From: Clostridia bacterium
GTDB lineage: Bacteria > Bacillota > Clostridia > CAKSNL01 > HGM11501
Assembly (NCBI GenBank): GCA_045545475.1
Contig: JAZQAZ010000015.1
Location: forward strand, 53,096 to 117,095
Reading direction: 5' to 3'
DNA length: 64,000 bases
The notes under the pieces were generated by a model. It was not told the DNA's origin, ran no database searches, and saw only the letters and a program-made list of their open reading frames with translations. A program made the translations under genes and the position numbers. This document shows, one piece after another, positions 1 to 8,846 of this stretch (position 1 is its first letter; each line of letters begins with the position of its first letter).

Positions 1-2035
1 AGGAAGAAAGTGTTCCCTTACCGCCAAGGTTTACTGCAAAGTCATAGCCTTCCCATCCGGTTGCCCGGTTACGGTCAATGTCAATGTAGATATGCATAAA
101 GCCATCTGCCTCAACTATATCCTTTTGCGCTTTTACAAGGAAATAGATATTTGCATCGTCTCTTGAAACCTTGGATGATAAAATGCGGTTTACTTCCTTT
201 GTAACATAGTGGTATTTTTCTCCTGTTAAGTGGTTTCTCATACCATAGATGTCTCTTTCATATCCTCCACCGATATTTAAATATTCGGGAGTTACGCTGT
301 CCCACTGTGAAAGGTCACCTGCTATATCAATAGCCTTTGCTTCGCCTGCAACACGGGCAGGGCGAACACCCTTATATTTTCTGACGAAGTCTATAAGGAG
401 CATATAATAATCGTCTCTGAGCTTTCCTTTTGAAGGCTCGATATCACGGCTGTTTTCATCGTCAAAGGTGTCAACAAAGGCATTTTCAAAGCCTGAATAC
501 ATACTCTGTCGGGCGGCAATCCATTCGTTCCAGCCACCAACCATTACCATAGCAGGATCTAAATCAAGGACACGTGATTCCTGCTCACGGAAGAAATATC
601 CCTCGTTCATTGCGCCTTCGCGATAATCCTCACCAAAGGCTTCGGTGTAGCTTCTTCCTCTTGTGTATGGGTCTGAAAATACGCCTGTCTTTTCATATTC
701 GAAAACATAGGACTGATTTATCGCAACACCGAGGCTTATACACTCAGGTCTTCCGTCTTCTTCCAAATCCCAGGCTGTCTGAGGATATTTCTGAAGCCAT
801 ACCCAGCTGTTTGCACCGTCTGTATATTCTCCGGCACTTCTGTTTCCCATATCCCTTACAGTGCAGTTATCAAAAATTTCATTTAAAAGTCTGTCGCTTT
901 CCGCGTCACCTGAACCGAAGGACTTATTGGATAAATACTCTCTTGTGGTTCCGCCGAATAAAAGGGGCTTGTCATCCCATGTAAACCAAAGGTCTTTATA
1001 CTGTTCATTTTTAATAAAGTTTAAGTAAATTGCCTTTACCTGCTTTTCTCTTTCCTTATAATCGGATGCCCAGGAATCCATAGCACAGATTTTCGGAACA
1101 TTTACACCTGCTGCCTTTGCATCGGAAAATGCCTGAAACATCAGAATTGTAGTATCAAGGAAAATGTTGCTTCCGTTGGTCCAGTCAAGGAAAACGGTAT
1201 CAACGCCCGCCATTGCAAGCATTTCTGCGTGACGGCGGAATTTGAAGTAGTCATAGTTACTTGTATAACCGAATATAGGCTCTGCCCAGTGATATACCGC
1301 ATTGGTATCCCATGCCTTATGGTTGTAATCATCCTTTGCATCGGGATTTTCCGCAATTATTTCAGAAGGAATTCTTGCATTTGAACCGCTAGAGGGCTTT
1401 GCGGTCGAAAGACTTCTTCCGCCTGACCAGTTCCAGTAGGTTATTCCGACTTTGTGAGTGCCGTTTTTTACATCTCCTACCTCGGCATAATCTGCAATTT
1501 TTCTTCCGAGAGCGTCAGTTGCCGCCAACGTGTCATACCATCCGTCAACAATGGCAGAATCGGGCACAATTGTATATGTATTTTCCACCGCCTTGTCGGA
1601 AAGTATTATTTCCGATACTCTGAACTCGCTTCCCGTATCACCATAGGTTGATTTAAGATATAAATCGTGAACGCCTTCGGTTGCTTCTATATTTGTATAA
1701 AACACCTTGTCATAGGATTCCTTGTCGCTTAAAACAATGTATCCTATGCACTTACCCTTTATGGGATCATCGATGCGAAGAGAAATTGCATCACCGTTTG
1801 AAGATGTTGATGACATATAAAAATCCGCCTTGATTCCGACAGATTTTATACCGGTGAAATCTATCCCCTTATAGCCCGCATACTGATCCATACGGCTTAA
1901 ATTTACCTTTTCACCCGAAAGCGATGCTCCCGATAAATCAAAAGCCGTATTTGCCTTTATTGTTTCTTCTGCCTTAACTAAAATGCAGGATGAAATCATT
2001 ACAAGGCAAAGTATTAAGCTAAGTAATTTTTTCAT
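1..2035 (-). CDS. Secreted CBM6-like + GH99/GH71-like glycoside hydrolase, third paralog of 12954-15725 and 19481-22201 (3' end outside window)
   Basis: Not in the ORF track because it runs off the window. Manual translation from ATG 2035 gives MKKLLSLILCLVMISSCILVKA (signal peptide)...GVHDLYLK...WAEPIFGY...RRHAEMLAMAGVD...GGWNEW...SRDIEPS...DRNRATGWEGYD, with no stop before base 1. Confidence 0.85.
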   Translation of the reverse strand, partial: MKKLLSLILCLVMISSCILVKAEETIKANTAFDLSGASLSGEKVNLSRMDQYAGYKGIDFTGIKSVGIKADFYMSSTSSNGDAISLRIDDPIKGKCIGYIVLSDKESYDKVFYTNIEATEGVHDLYLKSTYGDTGSEFRVSEIILSDKAVENTYTIVPDSAIVDGWYDTLAATDALGRKIADYAEVGDVKNGTHKVGITYWNWSGGRSLSTAKPSSGSNARIPSEIIAENPDAKDDYNHKAWDTNAVYHWAEPIFGYTSNYDYFKFRRHAEMLAMAGVDTVFLDWTNGSNIFLDTTILMFQAFSDAKAAGVNVPKICAMDSWASDYKEREKQVKAIYLNFIKNEQYKDLWFTWDDKPLLFGGTTREYLSNKSFGSGDAESDRLLNEIFDNCTVRDMGNRSAGEYTDGANSWVWLQKYPQTAWDLEEDGRPECISLGVAINQSYVFEYEKTGVFSDPYTRGRSYTEAFGEDYREGAMNEGYFFREQESRVLDLDPAMVMVGGWNEWIAARQSMYSGFENAFVDTFDDENSRDIEPSKGKLRDDYYMLLIDFVRKYKGVRPARVAGEAKAIDIAGDLSQWDSVTPEYLNIGGGYERDIYGMRNHLTGEKYHYVTKEVNRILSSKVSRDDANIYFLVKAQKDIVEADGFMHIYIDIDRNRATGWEGYDFAVNLGGKGTLSS

Positions 2036-2051
2036 ATTTTGTCCCCCTTAA

Positions 2052-2852
2052 TTATTTCCCGATTTTTTCTTTTCTTTTCATAAATTCTTCTCTCAGGCTT
2101 TCAACTACCGTGTCTTCTTTCAAAGCCAGAATGTCCTTTGCAAGTCTCTTTGCATATAATTCGATAAGCTTATCCCCTTTTTCCTTTGTAGCTTTGGAGG
2201 GGCTTCCCGTAACGTGTTCGGGATAGCTTGCATACCAGGAGAAAGGTGTTTTAACCCTTCCTAAATGCTTGACACGTTTAAGCGCCTCAATAGGCTCCGG
2301 AGCTTTGCAGTTTTCAAGCTTTACGCTGCCCGGTGCCGCAGACATTGCAAGGCTTGTTTCCCAGGCATCTGCGTGACCTCCGTCAGGCTTAACATATTTA
2401 TATACCTCATCAAGTTCACTTGAGCTTAATCCCACATCAAAGCTTACGGCATAGAGGGTATAAGGAACATCTCTGTCCATATTTGAGAAAAGGAAATAAT
2501 TAAGCATCGGCATATTTCCGCCGTGGCCGTTTACAAACATAATTTTTGTAAAGCCGTTTCGCCCTATTTCATCGCATAGATTGCGAAGAATGGTAAGTGT
2601 TAAATCCGAATCAAAAACTATTGCTCCGGGAGAATGTGTTGCCTCGTGTCCCTGCCCGAACCAATAGCCGGGGAAAACCACACAAGGTTCAAGCTTTGCG
2701 GCTTCGACCGCTATTTTGTGAGCCGCCAGAACGTCTGTCCCAAGGGGGCCGTGGTCTCCGTGACGTTCCAGTATTCCTATGGGTATCAGGCAAATTTTTT
2801 CTTTTTTCGCCATTTCCTCAAGTTCTTTAGATGTTAAAAGTTCCCATTGCAT
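2052..2852 (-). CDS. Creatininase-family amidohydrolase (tandem copy 2)
   Basis: ERHGDHGPLGTD, NGHGGN and GGHADAWETS metal-binding motifs. Confidence 0.85.
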   Translation of the reverse strand: MQWELLTSKELEEMAKKEKICLIPIGILERHGDHGPLGTDVLAAHKIAVEAAKLEPCVVFPGYWFGQGHEATHSPGAIVFDSDLTLTILRNLCDEIGRNGFTKIMFVNGHGGNMPMLNYFLFSNMDRDVPYTLYAVSFDVGLSSSELDEVYKYVKPDGGHADAWETSLAMSAAPGSVKLENCKAPEPIEALKRVKHLGRVKTPFSWYASYPEHVTGSPSKATKEKGDKLIELYAKRLAKDILALKEDTVVESLREEFMKRKEKIGK

Positions 2853-2868
2853 ACTGCCGCCTCCTTAA

Positions 2869-3672
2869 TTATTTCCCGATTTTTTCCGACCTTTCCATAA
2901 ATTCTTCTTTAAGGCTTTCCACAACAGTATCTTCCTTAACAGCCTTTATATCTCTTGCAAGAACCTTTGCATAAAGCTCTATAAGCTTGTCGCCCGCTTC
3001 TTTATTCGCCATGGAAGGATTACCCGTAACGTGTTCGGGGAAGCTTGCATACCATGAAAAGGGTGTAAAAACTCTTCCCAAATGATTTACCCTTCCCATA
3101 GCCTTTATGGGTTCAGGAAATCTTTGATATTCCATCTTCACGCTTTCGGGCGCAACAGACATAACAAGGCTTGTCTCCCATTTATCTGCGTGTCCGCCCG
3201 AATCTGCCGCCATGTAGCTATCCGCCTCTTCCCTTTCAGAAGGTGTAAGACCTGAATCGTACATTACGGAATAAAGTGTGTAAGGAACATTTTTATCCAT
3301 TGTTGAAAAAAGGAAATAGGAAAGCAACGAACCGTTTCCGCCGTGGCCGTTTACAAACATAATTTTTGTAAAACCGTTTCTTGCAATTTCGTCGCAGAGA
3401 TTTTTAAGAAGGGTTAATGTGAAATCCGATTCAAAGCTTACCGCACCAACTGAAAACTTTGCTTCGTGAACCTGACCGAACCAGTAAACGGGGAAAACCG
3501 CACAAGGCTCGATTTTTGCAGCTTCAACCGCAATTTTATGTGCAACAAGTCCGTCTGTTCCGAGGGGCAGATGCTCTCCGTGACGCTCAAGTACACCGAT
3601 CGGAACAATACAAAGCTTTTCTTCCTTTGCCATTTTTTCAAGATCTACAGGTGTTGATAATTCCCACTGCAT
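2869..3672 (-). CDS. Creatininase-family amidohydrolase (tandem copy 1)
   Basis: ERHGEHLPLGTD, NGHGGN, GGHADKWETS; colinear paralog of 2052-2852. Confidence 0.85.
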   Translation of the reverse strand: MQWELSTPVDLEKMAKEEKLCIVPIGVLERHGEHLPLGTDGLVAHKIAVEAAKIEPCAVFPVYWFGQVHEAKFSVGAVSFESDFTLTLLKNLCDEIARNGFTKIMFVNGHGGNGSLLSYFLFSTMDKNVPYTLYSVMYDSGLTPSEREEADSYMAADSGGHADKWETSLVMSVAPESVKMEYQRFPEPIKAMGRVNHLGRVFTPFSWYASFPEHVTGNPSMANKEAGDKLIELYAKVLARDIKAVKEDTVVESLKEEFMERSEKIGK

Positions 3673-3684
3673 AGTGCCGCCTCC

Positions 3685-4551
3685 TTATCTGTAAATGCCC
3701 TTTTCGGGCTCATACATAAAATATCCAACGCCAAAGCCAACGCTTTTGCCGTCTTTAAGATACTTATAAAAGCTCTTCTGAAAGCTTGTCTTAAGGTCTT
3801 CTTCCTTTACATCGTCAAAATTCAATTTGTCGAAAACCCGCCAGTAATCGCAATTGCCGCTATCCTTTTTAAATACAATTTCAAAGCAATCGTAAAACAT
3901 TTTCATATTGCTTCCCTCTTTATAGCAGGAGGCGATTCCCGGATGTATAAGCCAGGATGCACATCTTACAGGCATCGGGCCTGTATATCCGAAAAAGTCA
4001 TAGGCTTTTTTAAGGGAATCCATTAAAAGCTCTTCTGTAAGAGGACCGGTTGAAGGAATGTGGCAGTTTAATACAGTATCGCCCTTTTTCACATAGTCCT
4101 TAAAATCAACGTCCGAAGCCATAGGCTCATACTGAAGTCTCCCCAGACCGTAAATTTTAAGCCAGTAATAAAGGCTCATCCAGTCGGAAACAAAGGTGCC
4201 GACGATTCCGTAAACCTTCTTGCACTCGTCATTTTTTGTGGACAAATCAAGCACGGAATTGTAATATACATCCTCTGATATTCCCTTTGCCTTGTAGATA
4301 TAGCGAAGAGGTCTTGCCGCAAGGAGCAAAAATGCCAGATTTACTGTGTAAATATGTATATTTTTCTCCTCCGAAAGCTGTTTTAATATTTCATTATATT
4401 TTCTTTCACGGCAAAGGAACAAATCGTCAAGCGCACACTTTATATCGTCTCTTGATTCCTTATCTTCTGTTAAAGTGTCGCATACAGAAGAAAGGTAAGC
4501 CGAATCCTCCTTTGAAAAGCCGATTTTTACTAAAAATTCATACATTTTCAT
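3685..4551 (-). CDS. Acyltransferase-domain protein (NAT_N + GNAT_C like)
   Basis: GLGRLQYE, LNCHIPSTGPL and RCASWL motifs typical of this family. Confidence 0.7.
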   Translation of the reverse strand: MKMYEFLVKIGFSKEDSAYLSSVCDTLTEDKESRDDIKCALDDLFLCRERKYNEILKQLSEEKNIHIYTVNLAFLLLAARPLRYIYKAKGISEDVYYNSVLDLSTKNDECKKVYGIVGTFVSDWMSLYYWLKIYGLGRLQYEPMASDVDFKDYVKKGDTVLNCHIPSTGPLTEELLMDSLKKAYDFFGYTGPMPVRCASWLIHPGIASCYKEGSNMKMFYDCFEIVFKKDSGNCDYWRVFDKLNFDDVKEEDLKTSFQKSFYKYLKDGKSVGFGVGYFMYEPEKGIYR

Positions 4552-4582
4552 TTCACTTCCTGTAAATATATTGTTACTGTAA

Positions 4583-4611
4583 ATTATAATATTTTAATGG
4601 TTAATTGTCAA
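4583..4611 (-). promoter_or_regulatory. Consensus sigmaA promoter for the acyltransferase-creatininase x2-GH99-like operon
   Basis: TTGACA-17 bp-TATAAT on the minus strand. Confidence 0.8.
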
Positions 4612-4659
4612 ATAATTTAAGCCTTATTACAATCAGAAAATGTACCGGTTTCCAATTAC

Positions 4660-6096
4660 TTATATGCTAAGCTTATCTGCAAATTTCAGTATCTTTTCCG
4701 AGTTTTCAAAAAATTCTTTTTCGCTGTAATGGTCTTCAGAGTTCCAGGTTCTGTCAACGGTCTGGGCAAGATTGAGAATAACTCTTTCTCTCATTCCCTC
4801 AAATGAGCTTCCCCACTGGCAAAGCATACCGCCGAGCACCATTTCCGGAGGCTCCAATTTAAGTCCGTTAAACGCCTTTGATGGCCAAGCCCAATGCTGA
4901 AGCTCGTGAACCTTCCAGTCTTCCCCTGCAACCGTCCACTTAAATTCGTGATTCAAGTCTTTTTCAATCCATTCAGGAACAACATACATAGGCTTCCAGG
5001 AGGCATTTACCACCTTAAATCCCGCTTCGATAAGTTCGGGGCCTATCTGATAATAATTTTCCCAAGAAATAACTATGCATTCCCTTGAAATTTTTTCTGT
5101 TCCCTCTTTCGGAAATCCTTCCCACACAATGGGCGTTCTTCCCAAAGAAAGACAAATATCAACTATTTTAGCCGTAAAATGCGAGTAAAGCTCCTTTGTT
5201 GAGCCAATGCCGTTTTTCTTCATATACTCTGTGCAAAGTGTGCAGTCTGCCCACTTTTCGTGCTTCGCCTCGTCGCATCCTATGTGGATGTATTTTGAAT
5301 ATTTGAAAATTTCCGCAATTTCGGAAAGCATTTTTTCTATATTTTCAAAAATGTGAGGTTTTCCTATACACATTATGTTTTCTGTCCATTTTTTCTTGTC
5401 AGCCGGGTTCATAAGTACCTTTGCCGTTTCGCTTTCTTTGAAAAACTCGTTTGCAAATTCATCGGGACAGTTTCTGATTAATTCCGCCGAGTGACCTATT
5501 CCCTCAAACTCCGGGATAAGCTCCACTCCTGCCTCATTGGCATATTCTACAAGATATTCAATTTCTTCCCTCTTATAACTTTTCCCCTTTGTTGCTGCAT
5601 CAGGGAAACATTTAAGAGGCAGTGTCCATGCCTTATTATCCATCAGGTGAAGCTGTATGTACTTTACCTTATACAGCCAGCAAATATCCACAAGTGCAAT
5701 AAGGCTGTCGAAATCGGTTAATTCCGTCTTTACGTCTTCCATATATGCACGAAAATCCTTGTCGGGCTTATCAACTATCTCTGTATCCCGCAGTTTAAAA
5801 CCATTTTCGGCTTTTTCCATAAGCTGAATCATGGTTGCAAGTCCGTATGCCGCCCCCTCTGTATCCGATGCATATACAAAAGCACCATTTATTTTATATT
5901 CGTCTTTATTTAAACTTTCATCATATAAAAGCTTAATTCCCGCATCTCCGCTTTTAAGTCTGACACCGTAAATTTTACGACACATTCTTAAAAAAGTCTT
6001 TTTGCAAAAGGAAAGTCTTTCATCAGATGAAAATTCAGGCGAAATGAAAATTTCTCCCTTTTCTTTTATGCTTTTAACCTTTGGTATAATATTCAT
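4660..6096 (-). CDS. GH20 family beta-N-acetylhexosaminidase-like hydrolase (no signal peptide)
   Basis: N-terminal IIPK domain, QLHLMD, LIPEFEGIGH, catalytic HIGCDE motif. Confidence 0.85.
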   Translation of the reverse strand: MNIIPKVKSIKEKGEIFISPEFSSDERLSFCKKTFLRMCRKIYGVRLKSGDAGIKLLYDESLNKDEYKINGAFVYASDTEGAAYGLATMIQLMEKAENGFKLRDTEIVDKPDKDFRAYMEDVKTELTDFDSLIALVDICWLYKVKYIQLHLMDNKAWTLPLKCFPDAATKGKSYKREEIEYLVEYANEAGVELIPEFEGIGHSAELIRNCPDEFANEFFKESETAKVLMNPADKKKWTENIMCIGKPHIFENIEKMLSEIAEIFKYSKYIHIGCDEAKHEKWADCTLCTEYMKKNGIGSTKELYSHFTAKIVDICLSLGRTPIVWEGFPKEGTEKISRECIVISWENYYQIGPELIEAGFKVVNASWKPMYVVPEWIEKDLNHEFKWTVAGEDWKVHELQHWAWPSKAFNGLKLEPPEMVLGGMLCQWGSSFEGMRERVILNLAQTVDRTWNSEDHYSEKEFFENSEKILKFADKLSI

Positions 6097-6110
6097 TTAA
6101 CCTCTTCCCT

Positions 6111-6860
6111 TCATTCTTTTGCTATTATATCGCAAAGTCTCTTTTCACAGAAGTCCAGAAATTCGCCCCAGCTTTCACCGTCAATAAAGAGGTTTTCTCC
6201 GGTGGTTGCAAGAATCTCCGCCTTGTCCTCCGTATTGTTGTTCCACACGTGGTTTCCGATAAATACATCAACCTTTTTTTCTTTTAATCTTTTAAGTGAG
6301 TTAAAATAATCCTCTCTGCAGTTATCATAGTCAAACCTTTCTTTCACAAGAGTGTTTGCTCCCGCACCGCCAAAGGTTCCCACCTTGTATGTTATGCCAT
6401 TTTCTTCGGTTTCGTAAAAAAGTGAAATTGTACCTTCTGTGTGACCAGGCGTTTCCATAACCTCAATTCTTGTATTGCCGAGGGAGACAACATCTCCATC
6501 TTTCAAAAGAGCATCGGCAATAAAATATTTTTCTGCCTTTTTGGCATCCTTTCTTCCGATAAAGGTTTTAGCTCCCGTAAGATCAGAAAGTGCCGCCGTT
6601 GCCTCGGTATGATCCCCGTGCCAGTGAGTGAGAATGATATATTTTATATCATAAGGTGAAAAGCCAAGCTTGTATATGGAGTTTATCAAAAGAAACAAAG
6701 TATCGCTGTAGCCGACATCAATAAGAATAAGTCCGTCACCGGTGTCAATAAGATGGGCTGAAGCAGGATAAGTTCCGACAAAATAGGTGTTGCCCACAAT
6801 CTTAAATGGCTCCATTTTTCCTTCGTAATGGGCAGCAAAATTCTTCACTTTTCTGTACAT
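6111..6860 (-). CDS. Metallo-beta-lactamase fold hydrolase, subclass B3-like
   Basis: EPFKIVGNTYFVG, THWHGDH, TPGHT, GNH; start set to ATG 6860 behind an AAGGAG RBS. Confidence 0.8.
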   Translation of the reverse strand: MYRKVKNFAAHYEGKMEPFKIVGNTYFVGTYPASAHLIDTGDGLILIDVGYSDTLFLLINSIYKLGFSPYDIKYIILTHWHGDHTEATAALSDLTGAKTFIGRKDAKKAEKYFIADALLKDGDVVSLGNTRIEVMETPGHTEGTISLFYETEENGITYKVGTFGGAGANTLVKERFDYDNCREDYFNSLKRLKEKKVDVFIGNHVWNNNTEDKAEILATTGENLFIDGESWGEFLDFCEKRLCDIIAKE

Positions 6861-6901
6861 AAAACACATCTCCTTTTACATATCAAACCCTGTTTAATAA
6901 A

Positions 6902-6930
6902 ATCATAGCATAAGACTTTTTCCTTGTCAA
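6902..6930 (-). promoter_or_regulatory. sigmaA promoter for MBL-GH20
   Basis: TTGACA-17 bp-TATGAT. Confidence 0.7.
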
Positions 6931-7032
6931 CGTTTTCAAATCGAAAGTTTTTCGAAAACAAAAAATTGTGTAATATATTTGTTTTTTTCGCATTTTTTCG
7001 TAATATTTCAAAAAGTGTTTTTTGCCTCATAT

Positions 7033-7068
7033 AAAAAAATATAGTGGCTGATGTCTATATCAGCCACT
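7033..7068 (-). terminator. Intrinsic terminator after CE15 gene
   Basis: 10-bp stem agtggctgat/atcagccact followed by a T-tract on the minus strand. Confidence 0.75.
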
Positions 7069-7085
7069 GATTTTTATTCAGTATT

Positions 7086-8219
7086 TTACCATTCAAAGTT
7101 CTTCTCTATCTGAGGATAGGGATTTATTGTAAGATGCTCGCTTAAGGGAAGGCCCTTTCTTACTCTGTCCATAAAGTTTAAAAATTCAATATAATCAGGA
7201 AGCTTATGGCGATGCTGACCGGGACGGAACCATGCAGCAGCATGATCTTCGCAGCCTAAGTATTTATAGCATTCCTTTACAGCCATAAAGTTCTGCCATG
7301 CACCGATGGGGTTTATCCAGTAGTCCTGCATACCTTCGCACTGGAGGTAGTATCTCGGTGCAACAAGTGCTCCGAAATAGTGCATATCGTAAGGAAGATC
7401 CTCTTCTCTGTCGCGGTAAGGTGTAAGACCGTCACCCATCCATGTGGGGAAAGCATCAAGCATATCGGCAAGTCGCTCTGTTCTTCTGCCCGCATCACCC
7501 TGGTCTGTTACAACCGCGCGGTAGGAAACTGCACCGTGACAACCGGAGTTATTGGGGCAGGTGTACTTAATTCTTTCGTCTATTACTGCCGCAAGCATAG
7601 CGGTTTTTCCGCCGCGGGAATGGCCTGTTACACCAACCTCTGTTTCGTCAACGAATGAGAGCTTTTCGAATACATCCATACAAACCATATAGCCCCACGC
7701 CCAGGCACCGATATCGGTGAAGCGGACATCGGGATATACTCTGTGAAGTCCGCCCTCGCGGCTTCCCTTAATGTCATTTGCAAGCTCCAGACGGTTAAAG
7801 CGCGCGGCAATATAGCCTCTTCTCATAGCTTCCCATGCAACATCGCTTTCCATATTCTGATAGCAGCCGTCACCCGTTAATACAACGGGATATTTTTCTG
7901 TTTCGCTTAAGGGGGTGTCGCCTCCTCCGGGGCTTACACCGGGAACATAAGGAATGTTTAATTCAAGTGTAAAGGAAACCTGACGTTCCTTTGTTCCCGC
8001 ATAAATCTTGTACCATGTGGGAACATGGTTTCTTGTAAGCGTATTAAGCCGTTCAAATTCAACAACCTCGGGATGGGGCGGAATTTCGCCGTATTCCGTC
8101 TCAACAATCCTTTTCTTAATGGCTTCTCTTTCCTTTTCCCACTCTGCGGGAGTCATTCTTGTTCCGTCTTCCTTTAAAAACGGATCGGGCATTTTTCCTA
8201 AAAATGTAATCTGTCTCAT
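7086..8219 (-). CDS. CE15 family glucuronoyl esterase-like alpha/beta hydrolase
   Basis: IGAWAWG and nucleophile motif GHSRGGK; LPYDMH..ALVAPR. Confidence 0.8.
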   Translation of the reverse strand: MRQITFLGKMPDPFLKEDGTRMTPAEWEKEREAIKKRIVETEYGEIPPHPEVVEFERLNTLTRNHVPTWYKIYAGTKERQVSFTLELNIPYVPGVSPGGGDTPLSETEKYPVVLTGDGCYQNMESDVAWEAMRRGYIAARFNRLELANDIKGSREGGLHRVYPDVRFTDIGAWAWGYMVCMDVFEKLSFVDETEVGVTGHSRGGKTAMLAAVIDERIKYTCPNNSGCHGAVSYRAVVTDQGDAGRRTERLADMLDAFPTWMGDGLTPYRDREEDLPYDMHYFGALVAPRYYLQCEGMQDYWINPIGAWQNFMAVKECYKYLGCEDHAAAWFRPGQHRHKLPDYIEFLNFMDRVRKGLPLSEHLTINPYPQIEKNFEW

Positions 8220-8232
8220 GCTAACTACTCCT

Positions 8233-8718
8233 TTACTCTTTTATATACTGATAGGCAATCCTGGGACTGCCGTCCTCTACATAAATTATACCGCAGCGCT
8301 TAAAGCCGTTTTTTTCGATTAAATACTGCATTTTTTTATTGTCATTGTGGGTGTCTATGCGAAGATTTGAAAAATCCTCCTTACAGAAATCGCACACCTT
8401 TTTCATTATTCCCTTGCCGTTTTTACCTGCCCCCACACGGTGAATTGTTTTATAGGGTTCGTCAGAAAGCCATGCACCGTCCTCTATGTAAGCGTAGGTT
8501 TTATCCCTTCCTCCGATATAGGCAAAAACTCCGGTGATTTCGCCATCTTCATCCACAACGTAAAGCTGACCTTTTTCTATATCATCTGTTAAAAGTTCTC
8601 TTTTCGGGTAGCCGCCTGCCCACTGGGTTGGATTTCCCGACTCCCGCATAAAGTTCCTTGCAAACTCGTAAACGGAAAGAATCTCATCAAGCTCTTCCAT
8701 TTTTGCTTTTCTTATCAT
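8233..8718 (-). CDS. GNAT family N-acetyltransferase
   Basis: MIRKA start, IHRVGA, LRIDTHNDNKKMQ..GFKRCG. Confidence 0.85.
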   Translation of the reverse strand: MIRKAKMEELDEILSVYEFARNFMRESGNPTQWAGGYPKRELLTDDIEKGQLYVVDEDGEITGVFAYIGGRDKTYAYIEDGAWLSDEPYKTIHRVGAGKNGKGIMKKVCDFCKEDFSNLRIDTHNDNKKMQYLIEKNGFKRCGIIYVEDGSPRIAYQYIKE

Positions 8719-8846
8719 TGTTCCACCTGCTTTCAATACACCGACAGTATAACATTATCAAATGTCTTTTGCAAGACAAAAACGAAAAATTCTTTGTCTT
8801 TATTTTGTCAAAAGAGTAAAATTTAACGGAGTATTTATGCACTCCG

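Noticed and set aside
574-1651. Small ORFs in the track at the window start (574-984, 1141-1356, 1399-1623, 1454-1651)
   Set aside because: Shadow or alternate frames of the long minus-strand gene 1-2035. I checked a suspected frameshift at the A6 run near 1465; the frame is intact
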